This document shows positions 11,112 through 25,103 of a stretch of 64,000 nt of DNA, piece by piece. Each line of letters begins with the position of its first letter. Position 1 is the first letter of the stretch. The position numbers and the translations under genes were made by a program. The notes under the pieces were generated by a model, which saw nothing but the letters and a program-made list of their open reading frames with translations, did no database searches and had not been told where the DNA came from. Origin of the DNA: Octopus sinensis (taxonomy: Eukaryota); assembly GCF_006345805.1 (NCBI RefSeq), contig NC_043007.1, forward strand, positions 31,930,001-31,994,000, in the 5' to 3' direction.

Positions 11112-11495
11112 GACCTATTGAGTCAAGTACATCAACATCAAAATTAATATCAAATGGAAATAGTAGTTGTGATACCTGTGCTGCTGGCACATAAAAAGCA
11201 CCACCCGTACATGGCCGATGCCAGCGCCGCTTTGACTGGCTTCCATGCCGGTGGCATATAAAAAGCACCAACCGATCGTGGCCGCTACCAGCCTCCCCTG
11301 GCACCTGTGCCAGTGGCACGTAAAAAGCACCCACTACACTCACGGAGTGGTTGGTGTTAGGAAAGGCATCTAGCTGTAGAAACACTGCCAGATCAGCCTG
11401 GAGCCTGGTGCAGCCTCCTGGCTTCCCAGACCCCGGTCGAACCGTCCAACCCATGCTAGCATGGAAAACGGATGTTAAACGATGATTATGATGAT
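11112..11495 (+). mobile_element. RTE LINE 3'-end fragment
   Basis: Same sequence as the LINE 3'UTR at 541-830, ending in (GAT)n. Similar copies lie at about 12567-12938(+), 16115-16415(-), 50897-51142(-), 56735-57015(-), 57948-58090(-) and 62450-62648(+). Confidence 0.75.
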
Positions 11496-11994
11496 TTGCT
11501 CAACATGCTTCATGGTTGGACTGAACCTGAAACCTTATGGTTGGGAAGTGGACTACTTAACCACGTTTCCACCTACAATAAAAGCAGCTGTCAGAAGTGG
11601 GATGTGTGTGTGTATGTGTGTACAGGCACAGGCATTACAGGGATATAAACAAACCAGCATTGGTTGTCAAGCAAGAGACAAAGACAGATACACAATGAGC
11701 TTCCACATAGTTTCCATAAAACAACTTCACTCACAAGCCATTAGTCAACTTGGGGCTATAGTAAAAGACACTTGCCATGAAGTGGTTGCAAAATGTGCCT
11801 CTTAACCCATATATACACCTGGTTGCAATTTTGCAATGCAATACCTGTTCCTCCTTGTTTGGACATGAACTCACCGAGAAGCATCTGACTGAGCATACGA
11901 AATGTCCAGTTGGTAGTCGACACCCATAGCTAACAGTTGCATACTGTCCTTTTCTTCCAGATTGTGAAAGCTTACCATAAGGTTTAATCTAAAT

Positions 11995-12369
11995 ACTCTT
12001 TACTCTTTTACTCATTTCAGTCGTGACTACGGCCATGCTGGAGCACCGCCTTTAGCCGAGCAAATCGACCCCAGGACTTATTCTTTGTAAGCCTAGTACT
12101 TATTCTATTGGTCTCTTTTGCCAAACCACTAAGTTACGGGTACGTAAACACACCACAATCGGTTGTCAAGCGATGTTGGGTGGGGGGACAAACACAGACA
12201 AACAAACATATATACACACATATCTATATATACATATATACAATGGACTTCTTTCAAGGCTTTGGTCGGCCTGAAGCTATAGTAGAAGACACTTGCCCAT
12301 GGTGGGACTGAACCTGGAACTATGTGGTTCGTAAGCAAGCTACTTACCACACAGCCACTCCTACGCCTA
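11995..12369 (-). mobile_element. tRNA-derived SINE (family A)
   Basis: Full-length family A head and body. Confidence 0.8.
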
Positions 12370-13157
12370 TAATACAGTGAAATTTTTCATGGGCATACAT
12401 GGGTTTTAATCACACAGCCATATGTTGCTGTTACCATTGTTTGTTGAAGTTTTATGGCTGAATGTTAGTCTATTATTGAGTTAGTAGCAGCTGGTCTTCC
12501 TTGAGTGCAACTTTGTATAGTTGACTGGTCTGGGATTTTGGGTTGAGGAGACTCTGTGCTTCAGGAGACCTATTGAGTCAAGTACGTCAACATCAACATC
12601 AAAATAAAAATCAAATGGAAATTGTAGTTATGATACCCGTGCTGGTGGCACATAAAAAGCACCATCCGAACGTAGCTGATGCCAGCGCTGCCTGACCGGC
12701 ATCTGTGTCAATGACACATAAAAGGCACCAACCGATCGTGGCCGTTTGCCCCTGTGGCACGTAAAAAGCACCCACTACACTCATGGAGTGGTTGGCGTTA
12801 GGAAGGGCATCCAGCTGTAGAAACACTGCCAAATCAGACTGGAGTCTGGTGCAGCCTCCTAGCTTCGCAGACCCCGTTCGAACCGTCCATCCCATGCTAG
12901 CATGGAGAACGGACGTTAAATGATGATGATGATGATGAGTTCATCCACTGGTTTCTTGAATGTTTCCATAGAAGTCCCTTTATTTCTTAAGGTAAGCAGT
13001 TGAACAACTGAGGGCCTCTAAATATCAGATTGTTGCAGAATAGTAACTTTGCTCTTGGTTTCGAAGGTGGTTGTATGTGGAAGCTGGCAGGATCTACCAG
13101 CTCTTGCATTGAAGTTTTCTATAATGCCAGGTTCTTCCATAAATAAATAACAATATA

Positions 13158-13311
13158 CAGTTGTGGCCAAAAGTCTGGAACATTTAAAAAAAAATTGAAA
13201 TTGTTACGTCCAAGTACAATTTGATTCAAATATATACAACATACATATTTGGGCATTTCATATAAAAATTCTAATTTTCAGCCTTATGTTCCAAGCTTTT
13301 GACCACGACTG
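13158..13311. mobile_element. Tc1/mariner-type MITE
   Basis: TA|CAGTTGTGGCCAAAAG...CTTTTGACCACGACTG|TA: terminal inverted repeats (TIRs) with a TA TSD. Confidence 0.8.
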
Positions 13312-13329
13312 TATCTCTCTCCACATTGT

Positions 13330-14530
13330 TCAAAAGAGTGGAAACATTGAGCTTTGAGGCCTTCCCAGTAATTAATCCCTTTAACTGAAGTTATTTTCCT
13401 CCTGAATGTTCTCTTAGCCATTCAATTTCTTCTAGGAGACAAATGTGTTTGGAGACCAAAGCTGTGAAAAGTAACCTGATCTACTGAAAAGGGTTTCTCT
13501 AGAGTTGGCATAACTACTGGTTCTTATGGTATGAAGGTTTTTAGTATACACCCTATGAGAGATCTGCATTTAGAAGTCAAATTGGTGATATGGCTGTTGA
13601 AAGATGCATCGTTTGACATGATTACAAAGTCCTGTATTTTATTTGAACTTTGAATTGTTACGTTATCTAGTATCAAATAATTTATATCAAATGCTTATCC
13701 ATTAGGTTGGAGCGAAAATAGCCTTCGATACTTAATATAATTTGTTAGATTGGCCGAAAGTATCTTTAAGCTCATATCTGATAGAGTAAGGATAAATAAT
13801 AGTGGTCTTGGAACTGTACCTTGAGACACACCACTTATTACAGGTGAGTTGGCAGGGAGGAGACCATTTGCAACAACAGATTGATTCCTAACAGTAAAAA
13901 GTCAAAGTGCCATACTCTGAGTTTTCCTGTGATACCAGGATCCCTTGACCTATGGCAGATAATTCTTTGATCAATCTTGACAAAAGCTGTAGTAAAATCA
14001 AGGTACATGCAGTCAGTATCCATTCTCTTCAGGGGATTATTAAGAATAGTATTATGGTGTAGTTGTGTTAGGCAGCTTTGTTCTGTCCAAAAACCAAACT
14101 GTGTATGTACATACATACATACACAAACACACACACATATATATGTATATATATATATTTTTTTTCTAGCTTCAGCTCAGAGCTGCGGCCATGCTGATGC
14201 ACTGCCGTTTTGCTACACTGTTATTACTAAGAGCCTCCTCTAATATGTGGCACTTGGTGAAGAATGGAGTTTGATACAGCTACCCTCATTTGCACCTCTT
14301 GCCGTGAGGTAGGTTTATCTAGAACTCTCAACAGGAAGAGGTCCAGCTTTGATTTAAAAACCCCTACATCTACTTTGTGCAAATTCCTCAGACTCTTTGG
14401 GAGAATACTAAAAAGCTGTGGGCCCTTGAAACCCAGGATGTTGCAGTAGCTAGTCCTGATGCGTGATGGCATTGCTGGGATCTTTGGCACTATGCAGTGT
14501 CGTCCTGTTCTCGCATTGGTGTAGCTTTCA

Positions 14531-14535
<5 letters not shown>
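13330..14535 (-). mobile_element. Degenerate CR1/L2-type LINE fragments
   Basis: RT-like YLDFTTAF motif in ORF 13838-14134, and a C-terminal GPQLFSILPKSLRN..FKSKLDLFL in ORF 14227-14589. The fragment order implies two separate insertions. Confidence 0.65.
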
Positions 14536-14588
<53 letters not shown>

Positions 14589-16720
14589 AGCTTTTATCTA
14601 CTTACCTAAGAACAAATCAATATAAAGTTTATATCATCACAGGCTGAAAATCTTACTTCGTGATATTCTAGTATATCTGTGCAGAAATGTTCTGTATGCT
14701 TCGAGTTATCTCCCCTTGATACGAATATCTACTTTGCACATAATTTCTTGGACAAGCGAGGAAATAACTAACAAAAACAACTGTATTGAGGAAAAAAAAC
14801 TAAAAACCCTTGAGTGTGGTGCTCCAGTTTGGCTGCAGCCCATTAACTCCCTGCCAACAGATTACCAATTCTAATCCCACGCTCCATAAATCACTGCCAC
14901 ACCTTGTCGTTTCTGTGCTGGGTTTTGGTCATGTTAGTGAAGACTGAAATTAGATATAAGTTGGTTGTTTGAATGATAATGAGAAAGATCCTTCCTCCAA
15001 TAACTGGACCAGAAAGTATCAGTCAGGGTTTGTAACCAGATGGTTTTGAGATAAGTCCTGCTGTTTGGCAATTTGGGCAAGCATCTTCTATTGTAGGCCA
15101 ACCAAACTCTTGAGAGTAGATTTGGTAGATAGAACAAAAAAATGAAAGAAGCCTGTCCTATTTCTGCCTGGCTCTCCATCATTTGCGACGACAAGTGTTC
15201 CATTTGATTCATTCATTGGAACAGCCTGCTTGTGAAGTTAACGTGCAAGTGGTCAAGTCCTCCACGGACATGTGCACCCTTAATGTAGATTCAGTGTAAC
15301 ACAGAAAATGACAAGCAGACCCTTTTAAATTACATGTACAACTCATTTTTACCAGCTGACAATGTGAATTAAAGTGTCTTGCTCAAGGACACAATGCTTT
15401 GCTAGGAATCAAACACAAGACCTTATGACCACGAGCTCTCAAAACCACTAAGCTATACAGCTTCACCCTGTCATATATACCATTATCATTTAACATCTAT
15501 TTCCCTTACTGGGTTTAAAATAATAATGAAATTATTGTATACAGTGCTCAGGTGCACCACAACTTGTCAAAAGTGCGTGTAAAGCATATGCAGTAATGTT
15601 CAAATGTCTGGGAAGTGAACAGATACCTGCTTGCGTGTGTATGGAGGGGAGAAGATCAGGTGTAGTGTTGGCGAATCTCAGGAAGCATGGAAGTTTTGAA
15701 GGATGCAGTGCTCCGACAACTAACAACTGATGCCGGCAGTTTGTTCTGGAATCCAGGGAGCTACTAGGTTGCATCAAGCTCCAGTGACATTTGGTGTGTT
15801 TTCCATGCTGGCATGGGTTAGATGGTTCGACAGGAGCTGGTAAGCTAGAGGATGGCACCAAGCTCTAATGCCTGCTTTGGCATGATTTCTAAGGTAGGAT
15901 GTCCTTCCTAATGTCCACCACTTTACAGAGAGTACCAGGTGTTCTTCTCGTGCCACTGGCACTAGTGAGGTCATGAATAAACTTGCCAGAAAGGAAAAGA
16001 ATACACACAGAGGCTACTGATAGGCATCTGGTTATAAAACAAAACCTCAAGAATATATTCACCTAACTCATGCTAGCATGAAAAAATGGAGGTAAAATCA
16101 AATAAACAAATGAATCATTATCATCGTTTAACGTCTGTTTCCATGCTAGCATGGGTTGGACGGTTCGACCGGGGTCTGGGAAGCCAGAAGGCTGCACCAG
16201 GCTCCAGTCTGATCTGGCAGTGTTTCTACAGCTGGATGCCCTTCCTGGCAACAGCCACAATCGGTTGGTGCTTTTTACGTACCACCGGCACAGAAGCCAG
16301 TCAAGGCGGCGCTGGCATCGGCCATGTATGGATGGTGCATTTTCTGTGCCACCGGCACAGGTATCACAACTACAATTTCCATTTGCTTTTTTGATGTTGG
16401 TGTACTTGACTCAAAAGGTCCCCTGGATGATTGCAACTGAAAGACATCAAAAATGCAAATAACAAATCTTATTTTAATATAAATCATTCATATTTATGAA
16501 ACACAAGAAGCGGAGTATGTACTCTCTGTTCAATTATACGGTATTGCTTTTTGAAGTTGGAGATGCAGGCATGGCTGTGGTGAAGAGATTCGCTTTCCGA
16601 CTGTATGGTTTTGGGTTCAATCTCTCAGTGTGTTACCTTGAGCAAATGTCTTCTATTACAATCCTGGGTCAACCAAAGCTTCGTGAAGGGTTTTTGTAGA
16701 TAACTATGTGGAAGCCCACC

Positions 16721-16767
<47 letters not shown>

Positions 16768-17008
16768 ACCTTGTCTTGATAGCATGGTAGTTGTAAATGT
16801 GTGTTACTATTATACATGTAGTGTGTCCTTCATTTCCAATGTTCTGTAAAAACATACCTAGCCATGGGGAAATGTTATGTTGCTTGGAAACAGGTGAGGA
16901 TTGGTGACAGGAAAAGCATCCAGCTGTAGAAAATCTGTTCCAGTAAATTTGGTCTGACCCATGCAAACATGAGAAAGTGGATGTTAAAATAGGATGTTTC
17001 AAGCTTAA

Positions 17009-17230
17009 CCCTTTCATTACCGTATTTCTTTTGAGATGTTCTGTGTTTCTTTCAATTACTCTAAATATAACAAAGAATTTAGTAAAATAACTTAGTTATC
17101 ATTAATCTAGTGTTAGGAACATAAATTTTAACCAAAGATTTGGTGGAAGATTTTAATTCAAAACTTATGAAAACAAGACATTTGTACTACAGAGCCAGAG
17201 CCGGTTTCAGCCGGGTTGGTAACGAAAGGG
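17009..17230. mobile_element. piggyBac-type MITE (family 1)
   Basis: TTAA|CCCTTTCATTACC...GGTAACGAAAGGG|TTAA, 222 bp. Confidence 0.85.
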
Positions 17231-17299
17231 TTAAATACCAAGTGTGAAGCCTGATTAATCGAAATGTACTCTAACATTATATATATGAGAAACCATACA

Positions 17300-17586
17300 A
17301 TATATTGGTCGTGATTTGTATCTCCACCTGTCCAACACACGTAGACATGCCTACAAAATCAGAAAACAACACAGCTCCCATGACTTTCGGAAACATTTTT
17401 TCACGCTCAGAGTTGCTGAAGCATGGAATAAACTGCCTGCGTCAGTTGTTGACTGCCATGACACTGCATCCTTTAAGGCCCTCATGCTTTCCGAAATCCG
17501 TCGAAACTACACCTGATTATATATGCACTTTAGATGAGTTGTAGTGCATCTGAGCACTGTACACAATGTTTATTATTATTATTATT
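17300..17586 (+). mobile_element. CR1/L2-type LINE 3' end
   Basis: RKHFFTLRVAEAWNKLPASVV..SFK C-terminal motif and a (TTA)n tail; a reverse copy lies at about 15525-15745. Confidence 0.75.
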
Positions 17587-18141
17587 TTTTTTAATAATGA
17601 CAAAAACTTCAATATATTTGTAAATTTAATTTTTTATTAATTTTTTATAGAAAAAAAAACAGTGCACATGAAACTTTAAATGTAAATTTAAAATAAATAA
17701 AATTAGAGAGAAATATATACAGACAATTATACAATGTTGATCTGGACAACTGTTTTGGCTTGATCTCATTGCAAATTTAGAAATTTTTTTTTTTTTCATA
17801 GTTTTTCACAACACATGGTAACAGATAGATCCCCCTACCCTTCATAAGTTGATAATTTAAACGTTTTTTTTTCCCTCAGGTTGACAATTAAATATGGTTT
17901 GGGTTTAAATTATGATAAAATGCATCATTCAATGTTCAATCCTTTTGTGTTACTTTTTCGCTAAAGAAGTTAGTGATAGGTAGGGAAAAAAAAATAAGAC
18001 AAGGGCTTCCTATCACTCAATGACTGGCCAACATCCATTCAATCAATCCTCAATTCTAAACTGCAACACACCTGATGCTTATAAATAACCGTCTTGAATA
18101 ATTCACGTGATAAAAGACTTACAGAGTATGTCATTCATTAA

Positions 18142-18363
18142 CCCTTTCGTTACCAAATTTATTTTGAGATGCTCTGTGTTTCTTTCAATTAATTCTAATT
18201 ATAACAAAGAATTTAGTAAAATAACTTAACTATCATTCAGCTAGTGTTAAGAAGATAAACTGTGACTAAGGTTTGGTGGAAGATTTTAATTCAAAACTTA
18301 TGAAAACAAGACATTTGTACTACAGAGCCAGAGCCGGTTTCAGCCGGGTTGGCATCAAAAGGG
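18142..18363. mobile_element. piggyBac-type MITE (family 1)
   Basis: TTAA TSD, CCCTTT/AAAGGG ends, 222 bp. Confidence 0.85.
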
Positions 18364-18383
18364 TTAAATTAATCATTTGTTAA

Positions 18384-18594
18384 CCCTTTTGTCACCATAT
18401 TTCAGTTGAGATGCTCTGTGTTTCTTTCAATTAATTTTAAATACAACAAAGAATTTAGTAAAATAACTAAGTTATGGTTAAGCTAGTGTCAGGAACATAA
18501 ATCGTGACTAAGGTTTGGTGGAAGATTTTTATTCAAAACTTATGAAAACAAGACATTTGTACTCAGAGCCAGAGCCGGGTTGGCAACGAAAGGG
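18384..18594. mobile_element. piggyBac-type MITE (family 1)
   Basis: TTAA TSD; lies 20 bp from the previous copy. Confidence 0.85.
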
Positions 18595-19069
18595 TTAACA
18601 AAACACACAAGCCAAGTCCTAACACTCCTCCTCAAGTAATAACGCCTCATCCAGCCTGCTCCATCCAAGTCCCTCTCTCTCACTTATAAAGTATTGTATT
18701 GAAAATTCTTTCTAAAATAGATACAAAGCCTGAAATTTGGTGGGGGAAGGGATTAGTTGATACCGACAAACCCCAGTATATAGCTGGTACTTAAGTTTAG
18801 CAACCCCAAAGGGATGAGAAGCAAAGTTGACCACGGTGGGATTTGGAGTCAGAACATGAAAAGCTACAAGAAATACCACAAGGCATTTTGTCTGTCACTC
18901 CAATAATTCTGCCTCTCCACCATCCTTAAAGTGTCGTATTTAATAATAAATTAAAATTGATTTCCTTCATCAAGTCAGATATTTTCTAACGAATCTCTAT
19001 ACTTATTTAATTATTTGTTTTGTTCATTTTATACGAAAAAAAAAAGACTTTTGTTCGGTCAGTTTAAAT

Positions 19070-19275
19070 ATTGGTTTCAAATTTTGGCACAAGGCCAGCA
19101 ATTCTGGGGAAGTGGGTAAGTCGATTACGTCAACCCCAGTGCATAACTGGTACTTATTTTATTGACCCTGGAAGGATGAAAGGCAAAGTCGACCTCAACG
19201 GAATTTGAACTCAGAACGTAAAGACAGACGAAATGCCACTACCCCAGCATGCTAACAATTCTGCCAGCTCAATGC
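19070..19275 (-). mobile_element. SINE (family C)
   Basis: Shared core GACCCCAGT..CTGGTACTTATTT..GAAAGGATGAAAGGCAAAGTCGACCTC..GAATTTGAACTCAGAA, also at about 18720, 32572, 34470, 37595 and 51150. Confidence 0.7.
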
Positions 19276-20954
19276 TTTTTGTCAGTTTAAATATTAAAAT
19301 ATGAAATAATCAGAGGCTATTACAAAAGAAAGTATTCTAAAAAACCATTGTTAGAAACAATTTTTAAAAAGAGAAGTAAATAATAACCTGTAATTAATAA
19401 TACCCAAAATTAAATAATAGCTTAATTAAGAAAATATATGTAACTTTTCTTTTAGATACAGTATTACTATAAATGAAAGAGTAATCTTTGAATTATGAAA
19501 GTTAGTGAAATTTTGGTATTACATCAATAGGAAAGGATTTGTTGTTTAAATAATGGTTATAAAATTAAGGTGTAAGGCTATGAAAATCTTTAATAAATAA
19601 CTCATGAACAAATGATATCCCTCTTATATAATTATTTTAATTAAAAACTAAAATTAAATTCTAACTAAATGAAATAATATTGCATCATGAAAGGTGTTTA
19701 TAAGTCATTAAATTAGTGACTCTCATAAATTTAAATATTGCCATGCATGCAATATTTTCTAGTAATGTTTTATTATATTGGTATTGGGGGGAGAGATTTA
19801 CAAACCATGAACATGGTACCTACCTAAATTATGAAAGTGCTAACAAAAAATATCTGTTACAAGAGAATCAGTAATAACGTTTCTTGTCCAAGAAATCAGT
19901 TTGATGTCAAAGGGTACAGGTTGACCCTTTCTTCTAGAGCTCTAAAGTCAACATGTATTTTGATGATTTTTCCCCCTTTTCGTGGTGCCTTTCCCTCAAT
20001 TTTTAATCAATAAAATTCATTTTGTAAACTCATTGTCTTTTTGATTTCTATTCAAAATTTTCAGTATTGCTGCTTCAATAGACACAATTGCATTTCTAAA
20101 TATTTCAAAAAGTCATTTAATATTTACTAACAGAGCAGAATGTTGCTAAATACAAGCACTTTATTTTTTTATTTACACACACACAAATATATATATGCTT
20201 TTTTCTATTTCAGTTTTTAAAGTAAAATAATTTCCAATGTCACTTGTACAATTTGTAATTTTTTTTATATCCTTTGTTTAAATTGCTATGATCTCTAGGA
20301 TAAAGTTTATATTTATGAGCAAAAATATAGTTTTCTTGGCTCTGAAACAGTTACCTGCTTTGTCTAAGTGAAACTATAGTGTGTTCCTTCCCCAAATAGC
20401 AACTCCAAACCTCAACAAAGCACAATCAACAGATGGAATATCCTAGAGATGTAAATACAAATTGTATTTATCCAATGTTTTTGACATAACAAAAAAGAAA
20501 TGTCCAAAGGTTTATGGCTTCATGGCACCATACTTAGCTGATGTGATTGGCCTGTCATTTCATAGACAGTATGGTATTTGTTGAAAGAGGTTTAGCTGCT
20601 ACATGGAAAATAAAAAGGCTCCATTACCTGCTATTAGGGTTCATAATTTTATAGAGACAAGTGATTATCTAACAATGGTTTGTCAGAAGTTTTAGCCAAA
20701 TTAAGACTACAAAATAAAAGCTAAATGACCTCTTCAGTAGTGAAACTTCCGTTTTGTTTTATATTTTCAAGGAAATTTGAGAATTGTCTTGCTTATTGGT
20801 TAAGTTTGGGAGGCACTAAAATACTTCCAATTTTTACAGCACATGAAAGCATATTAAGAGTATACAAATGCTTATTGTGTGTTCGGAAATATTTAGTCAT
20901 GTTTGTATACATAAGTGATGGTTGCTATGTACGATCCCTTAATATGTTGTGTGT

Positions 20955-21235
20955 AAAATCCGTTAGATTCACTTCAACATCTAAATTTAATATGCAAAAA
21001 TATTTTTGTTGCTTTGAGACTGCAACCTGTTCACTGACAAAATTTGGTGTAGCAAGAAATTTTGTCAGTGAACAGGTCACGGTTTCAAAGCTACGAAAAT
21101 ATTTTGACAAATTAAATTAAATGGTTTTTGTGTGTTTCTTAAATGGCTTATAAACACCTTCCATGCTGCAATTGTTTTTGTTGCAACACACTATCTCAGA
21201 TCAGGTCACTTGCTATGCAAGTACATCTCTGAAAT
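20955..21235. mobile_element. Palindromic element with a G3-C8 hammerhead-like core
   Basis: Inverted arms at about 20985-21055 and 21057-21120, plus a tail. 21061-21111 reads UUUGUCA-GUGAACA-stem II-GAAA-AUAUUU-UGACAAA. The same family occurs at 36790-37040 and as a remnant at about 60710. Confidence 0.65.
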
Positions 21236-24200
21236 AATATTACTGCATTAGTATTTAAGCCAGCCAAATCCAGCCCAAATATTCTGTTTTGTGTTTGAAC
21301 TGGTCAGATTTGGCCCTTCACACAATGTTATTCTAAAAACAAAAATCTTCGAAATCTCAAAGCCATGAGATAATGCACGGTTAATTCAAAACAATGTGAA
21401 TAAATAAATATTATATTTGACAGAGTAATCTGAATGCTAAGGGGGTTATGGCTACAATTTACTATTATAATGGCTAGAATTTTTAATAAATACTAAACGC
21501 AGAGTGTTTTTTCAAATAAATTGTTACTAATTACTCTAATTCTACTAAAGAATTCTGTTTACAGAATTCCACTGAAGTATATGTTTACATAGGAAATATT
21601 TAAAAATGTTATTTAATTAATTAATTGACTGAAGATGTTATAAAAAAGTATCATTTACACTGCAGCTGAAGAAAATCAGACAAGCCCTTTGCATAGAGAA
21701 AAAAAAAGTAAAAATGAACAAAATTTCTTTGAGCAAGGAAAAAAAAATGCCAATCTCAGTATTAATTTGAATAAATCTCATTGCATTTTCTTTTTCTTTT
21801 TTTACATTTTTATTTTTCAAAATTGAATGTTAAACTGCTGTTTCCAGTATCAAAAGACTATAATTCTCAATTTTGATTAAACAAAAAAATGTATTGATAT
21901 TTTTGATATGTACAAGGAAAAAAAAAACGAAAAAGAAAAAAAGAAAAGAAAATGGTACTGTTTATTATACCCAGGATAATAATGATTTCTAACACAGGCA
22001 CAAGGAAGGCTAGAATTTATTATTATTATTTTATTGTTGGAAGGGTGAGGGTTTGGAGTACTTCAACAGCTATTTTATATCATCAGATCTGAAAGATATT
22101 GACTTCAACAAGATTTAAACTCAGAACCCAGCTAAATGCCACAAAGCATTTTGTCCAGTGTTCTACCGATAATTTCACACTATATATAGGCACTGTATGA
22201 TAGAGGCCAATATGTTCTAGAATATACCATATTTGATGGCACAAAAGATGCACTTTTTCCAAAGAAAAAAAAATGTCTTAAAAAGGATCCTATACATAAA
22301 GTTGGGTCACCCATGAGCTTTAATGCACAAAAAACATTTTTCTCCTGAATATGCTCCACTGAAATTGGGGGGCATCTAATATGACCATATACCTCTATGC
22401 CATCAAAAACAGTAATATTTTTCTAATATCATTCTTAATAAATAGGCAGATGTTACAGAAACTAAAGTACATTCTGAAATATTCCCCTCCTAGCTGAGAT
22501 GTTAACATGAAAATCTTTTCACAACACACTAACACTACATTTCAATCGATTTGGTCACTAAAGCAACCAATATAGTGTAAATGTAAATATAACAGAAATA
22601 TTTCATCTGTAAAGTTGATAGAATTATAATCATATTATTTAAATAGTTCTTGAGTTGATTTTAAAAGTATTACAGTCTACAACAGAAGATAGAATAATAT
22701 AAAGAATTAAATAGCTTTTTATGTGACCAGAGAGAAGAACAGATAGATGGAGTGAACTGTACAATGGTTCAGCCTTGACCAATAAGATTTTGTCCCCAGA
22801 AGCTCAAGGATGCAGACCTCTACAGACTAGTTGGCTCAAAAATGCAGATCTGTACGAGGTGAAAGGGAGCTGGTAGGTGTTGCCTCCTTACTGACAAGAT
22901 ATTTGCCAGCATCCTGCTGAGCTGGTTCATTGCAGATCTTGATCAGGGACTTTGTACAAAAGCCTATGAGGATTGTAGATGAGTGGGTGAGGAGCAGTTG
23001 ACAGGACATCCACTGCCAATAACAGAACTGGTTTATTTTGCACCTGTACTAACTCAACCAAGCAAGCACTTCATTGTTATCAGCATTTAGGATGTGGAAG
23101 ATCATTGCTAAAAGCAGATACCAAACAAGTTCATCTTTTTGATGCAACCATTTTACACAGGCATCAAGATATCCATGAAAATGGGAAGAGATCAGAACTG
23201 TTTACAATCTCAAATAGTGTCCAGCAGGGTTGGCTGGCAAAAACCTTCAACTTGGCAAAAATATCAAGTTTGCAAATGGCTGCATCCCTGATGCTGGCTC
23301 AGAAACTGATGTCCAAGACAAGTTATTATTCGCTACATACACAAACATCAGTCTTGCCTTTAGAACAAAGAAAACTGAAATACTGCATCAGCCAGCTCCG
23401 GGAAGTTCAGAAAAGAGATTTTAAGAAATGCTTCAGGTACTCCTAAAATTTATTTCTCTAAATCCACACACCTGGGAACACAATGACACATTGACCAGGT
23501 CCAAACAGGATTCTTCTGTACATAAAGGTTCCATGTTATGTCAGGAATGCTGCAGAGAAGCAAAGGAGTTAATCCAGACAGCAATCCTTAAGATTTTGTG
23601 TCAATTTGATCCTTTATTCCAACACTGGAATCACCTTCCATCCTTGGATAGGCATCATCAGTTATCTGTGGACCCATCTTGCTGATGATTTTATTCCTGA
23701 ATAATATGAAGTGACTACCATCATAGACTTGATGGTTAAATAACAGAGATTAATGGAATATACACTTCTGATAAAATATACAATTATATTTTATGTATAG
23801 CATATTATTCAATATATTTACCTGAGATGTACAGGTAACTCTAATCCGATCTCTCCTATAAGATATGAAACTGACATATAAAGAGTATTTTAGTATTTTA
23901 ATGTCCTAACTTCATTAGTAGTTTGGAATTCCTTCAAGGGGTTTAGATTTCCATCAAAACCAAGAAACTTTTTCTCTTCAAAATTCGAAACTACTTTCTA
24001 TTCTTTGAAAGCCCCCAGTTAAATTACAGGAAAATACTTTTGAAGACAAATAGTTAGAAAGCCGAAGCTGAGGTCTTATAATATTTTATCTTAAAAATAA
24101 AACAACTTTCATTTTGAAATTTTAAAAGTCGAAAGTACAGTTTGTAAGCTCTTACGCAACCTACTTCTAATATTAAAGTCTATAGAACTTGAGCAGATAT

Positions 24201-24882
24201 ATTATTAAATATATTTTATGTGTTTTCAAATGCTGTGATTTTCTGTATCCTTGAAGCCACCTAATAATTTTCATCCATGTTAACTGGTGATATATGTCTA
24301 ATCTAATACAGCCTAAAAAATTTTAATACAAAAATTATGAAAAAACTTCCAAGTTCTACACAAACTTATGAAGAAAATTAGCAGAAAGAATGGAACTCCC
24401 TCCAAAAAACAGTAAGATATATACTAATAAAAGTACGCTTTAATTAGAAGTGTTTCTTTTATCTAAAATGTGTGTATGGGATTTAATCATTTTTGAAAGT
24501 AAATATTGGAGGTAAAATTTTTTCTTCGCTTTGGCAATGAAAGTTTACAGCAAATATATTTAATAATGCTCTTATTACAATTATGAAGAAAAAAAAACTA
24601 AGGCATGTGCAAAGGAAAAGAAAGATTTTAAGATTTTGCTATACTGAAGAACTAAGTTGGAAAATATATTTATTGAAAAGATATTTTAAAGAAAAAATGG
24701 TCATTTAATAAAGTTATAAGAGAGAAAGGTTAAGAAGTAGCAAGCAAATATTTGCAGAAATTTTGCTTTAATGGAAATGCAACTATTTCTAAGAAGAATT
24801 CTACCAATTCATGTAAAGGAGTGTATCATTTTAAAATAGTGCCCACCCCCACCACCACTCATTGCCTATGTATGTGCTTTAA

Positions 24883-25103
24883 CCCTTTCGTTACTGAATT
24901 TATTTTGAGATGTTCTGTGCTTCTTTCAATTATTTCAGATATAACAAAGAATTTAGCAAAATAACTTCATTATCATTAAGCTAGTGTTGGGAACATAAAT
25001 TGTGACTAAGGTTTGGTGGAAGATTTTAATTCAAAACTTATGAAAACAAGACATATATATTAAAGAGCCAGAGATGGTTTCAGCCGGGTTGGTAACAAAA
25101 GGG
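24883..25103. mobile_element. piggyBac-type MITE (family 1)
   Basis: TTAA TSD and CCCTTT/AAAGGG termini. Confidence 0.85.
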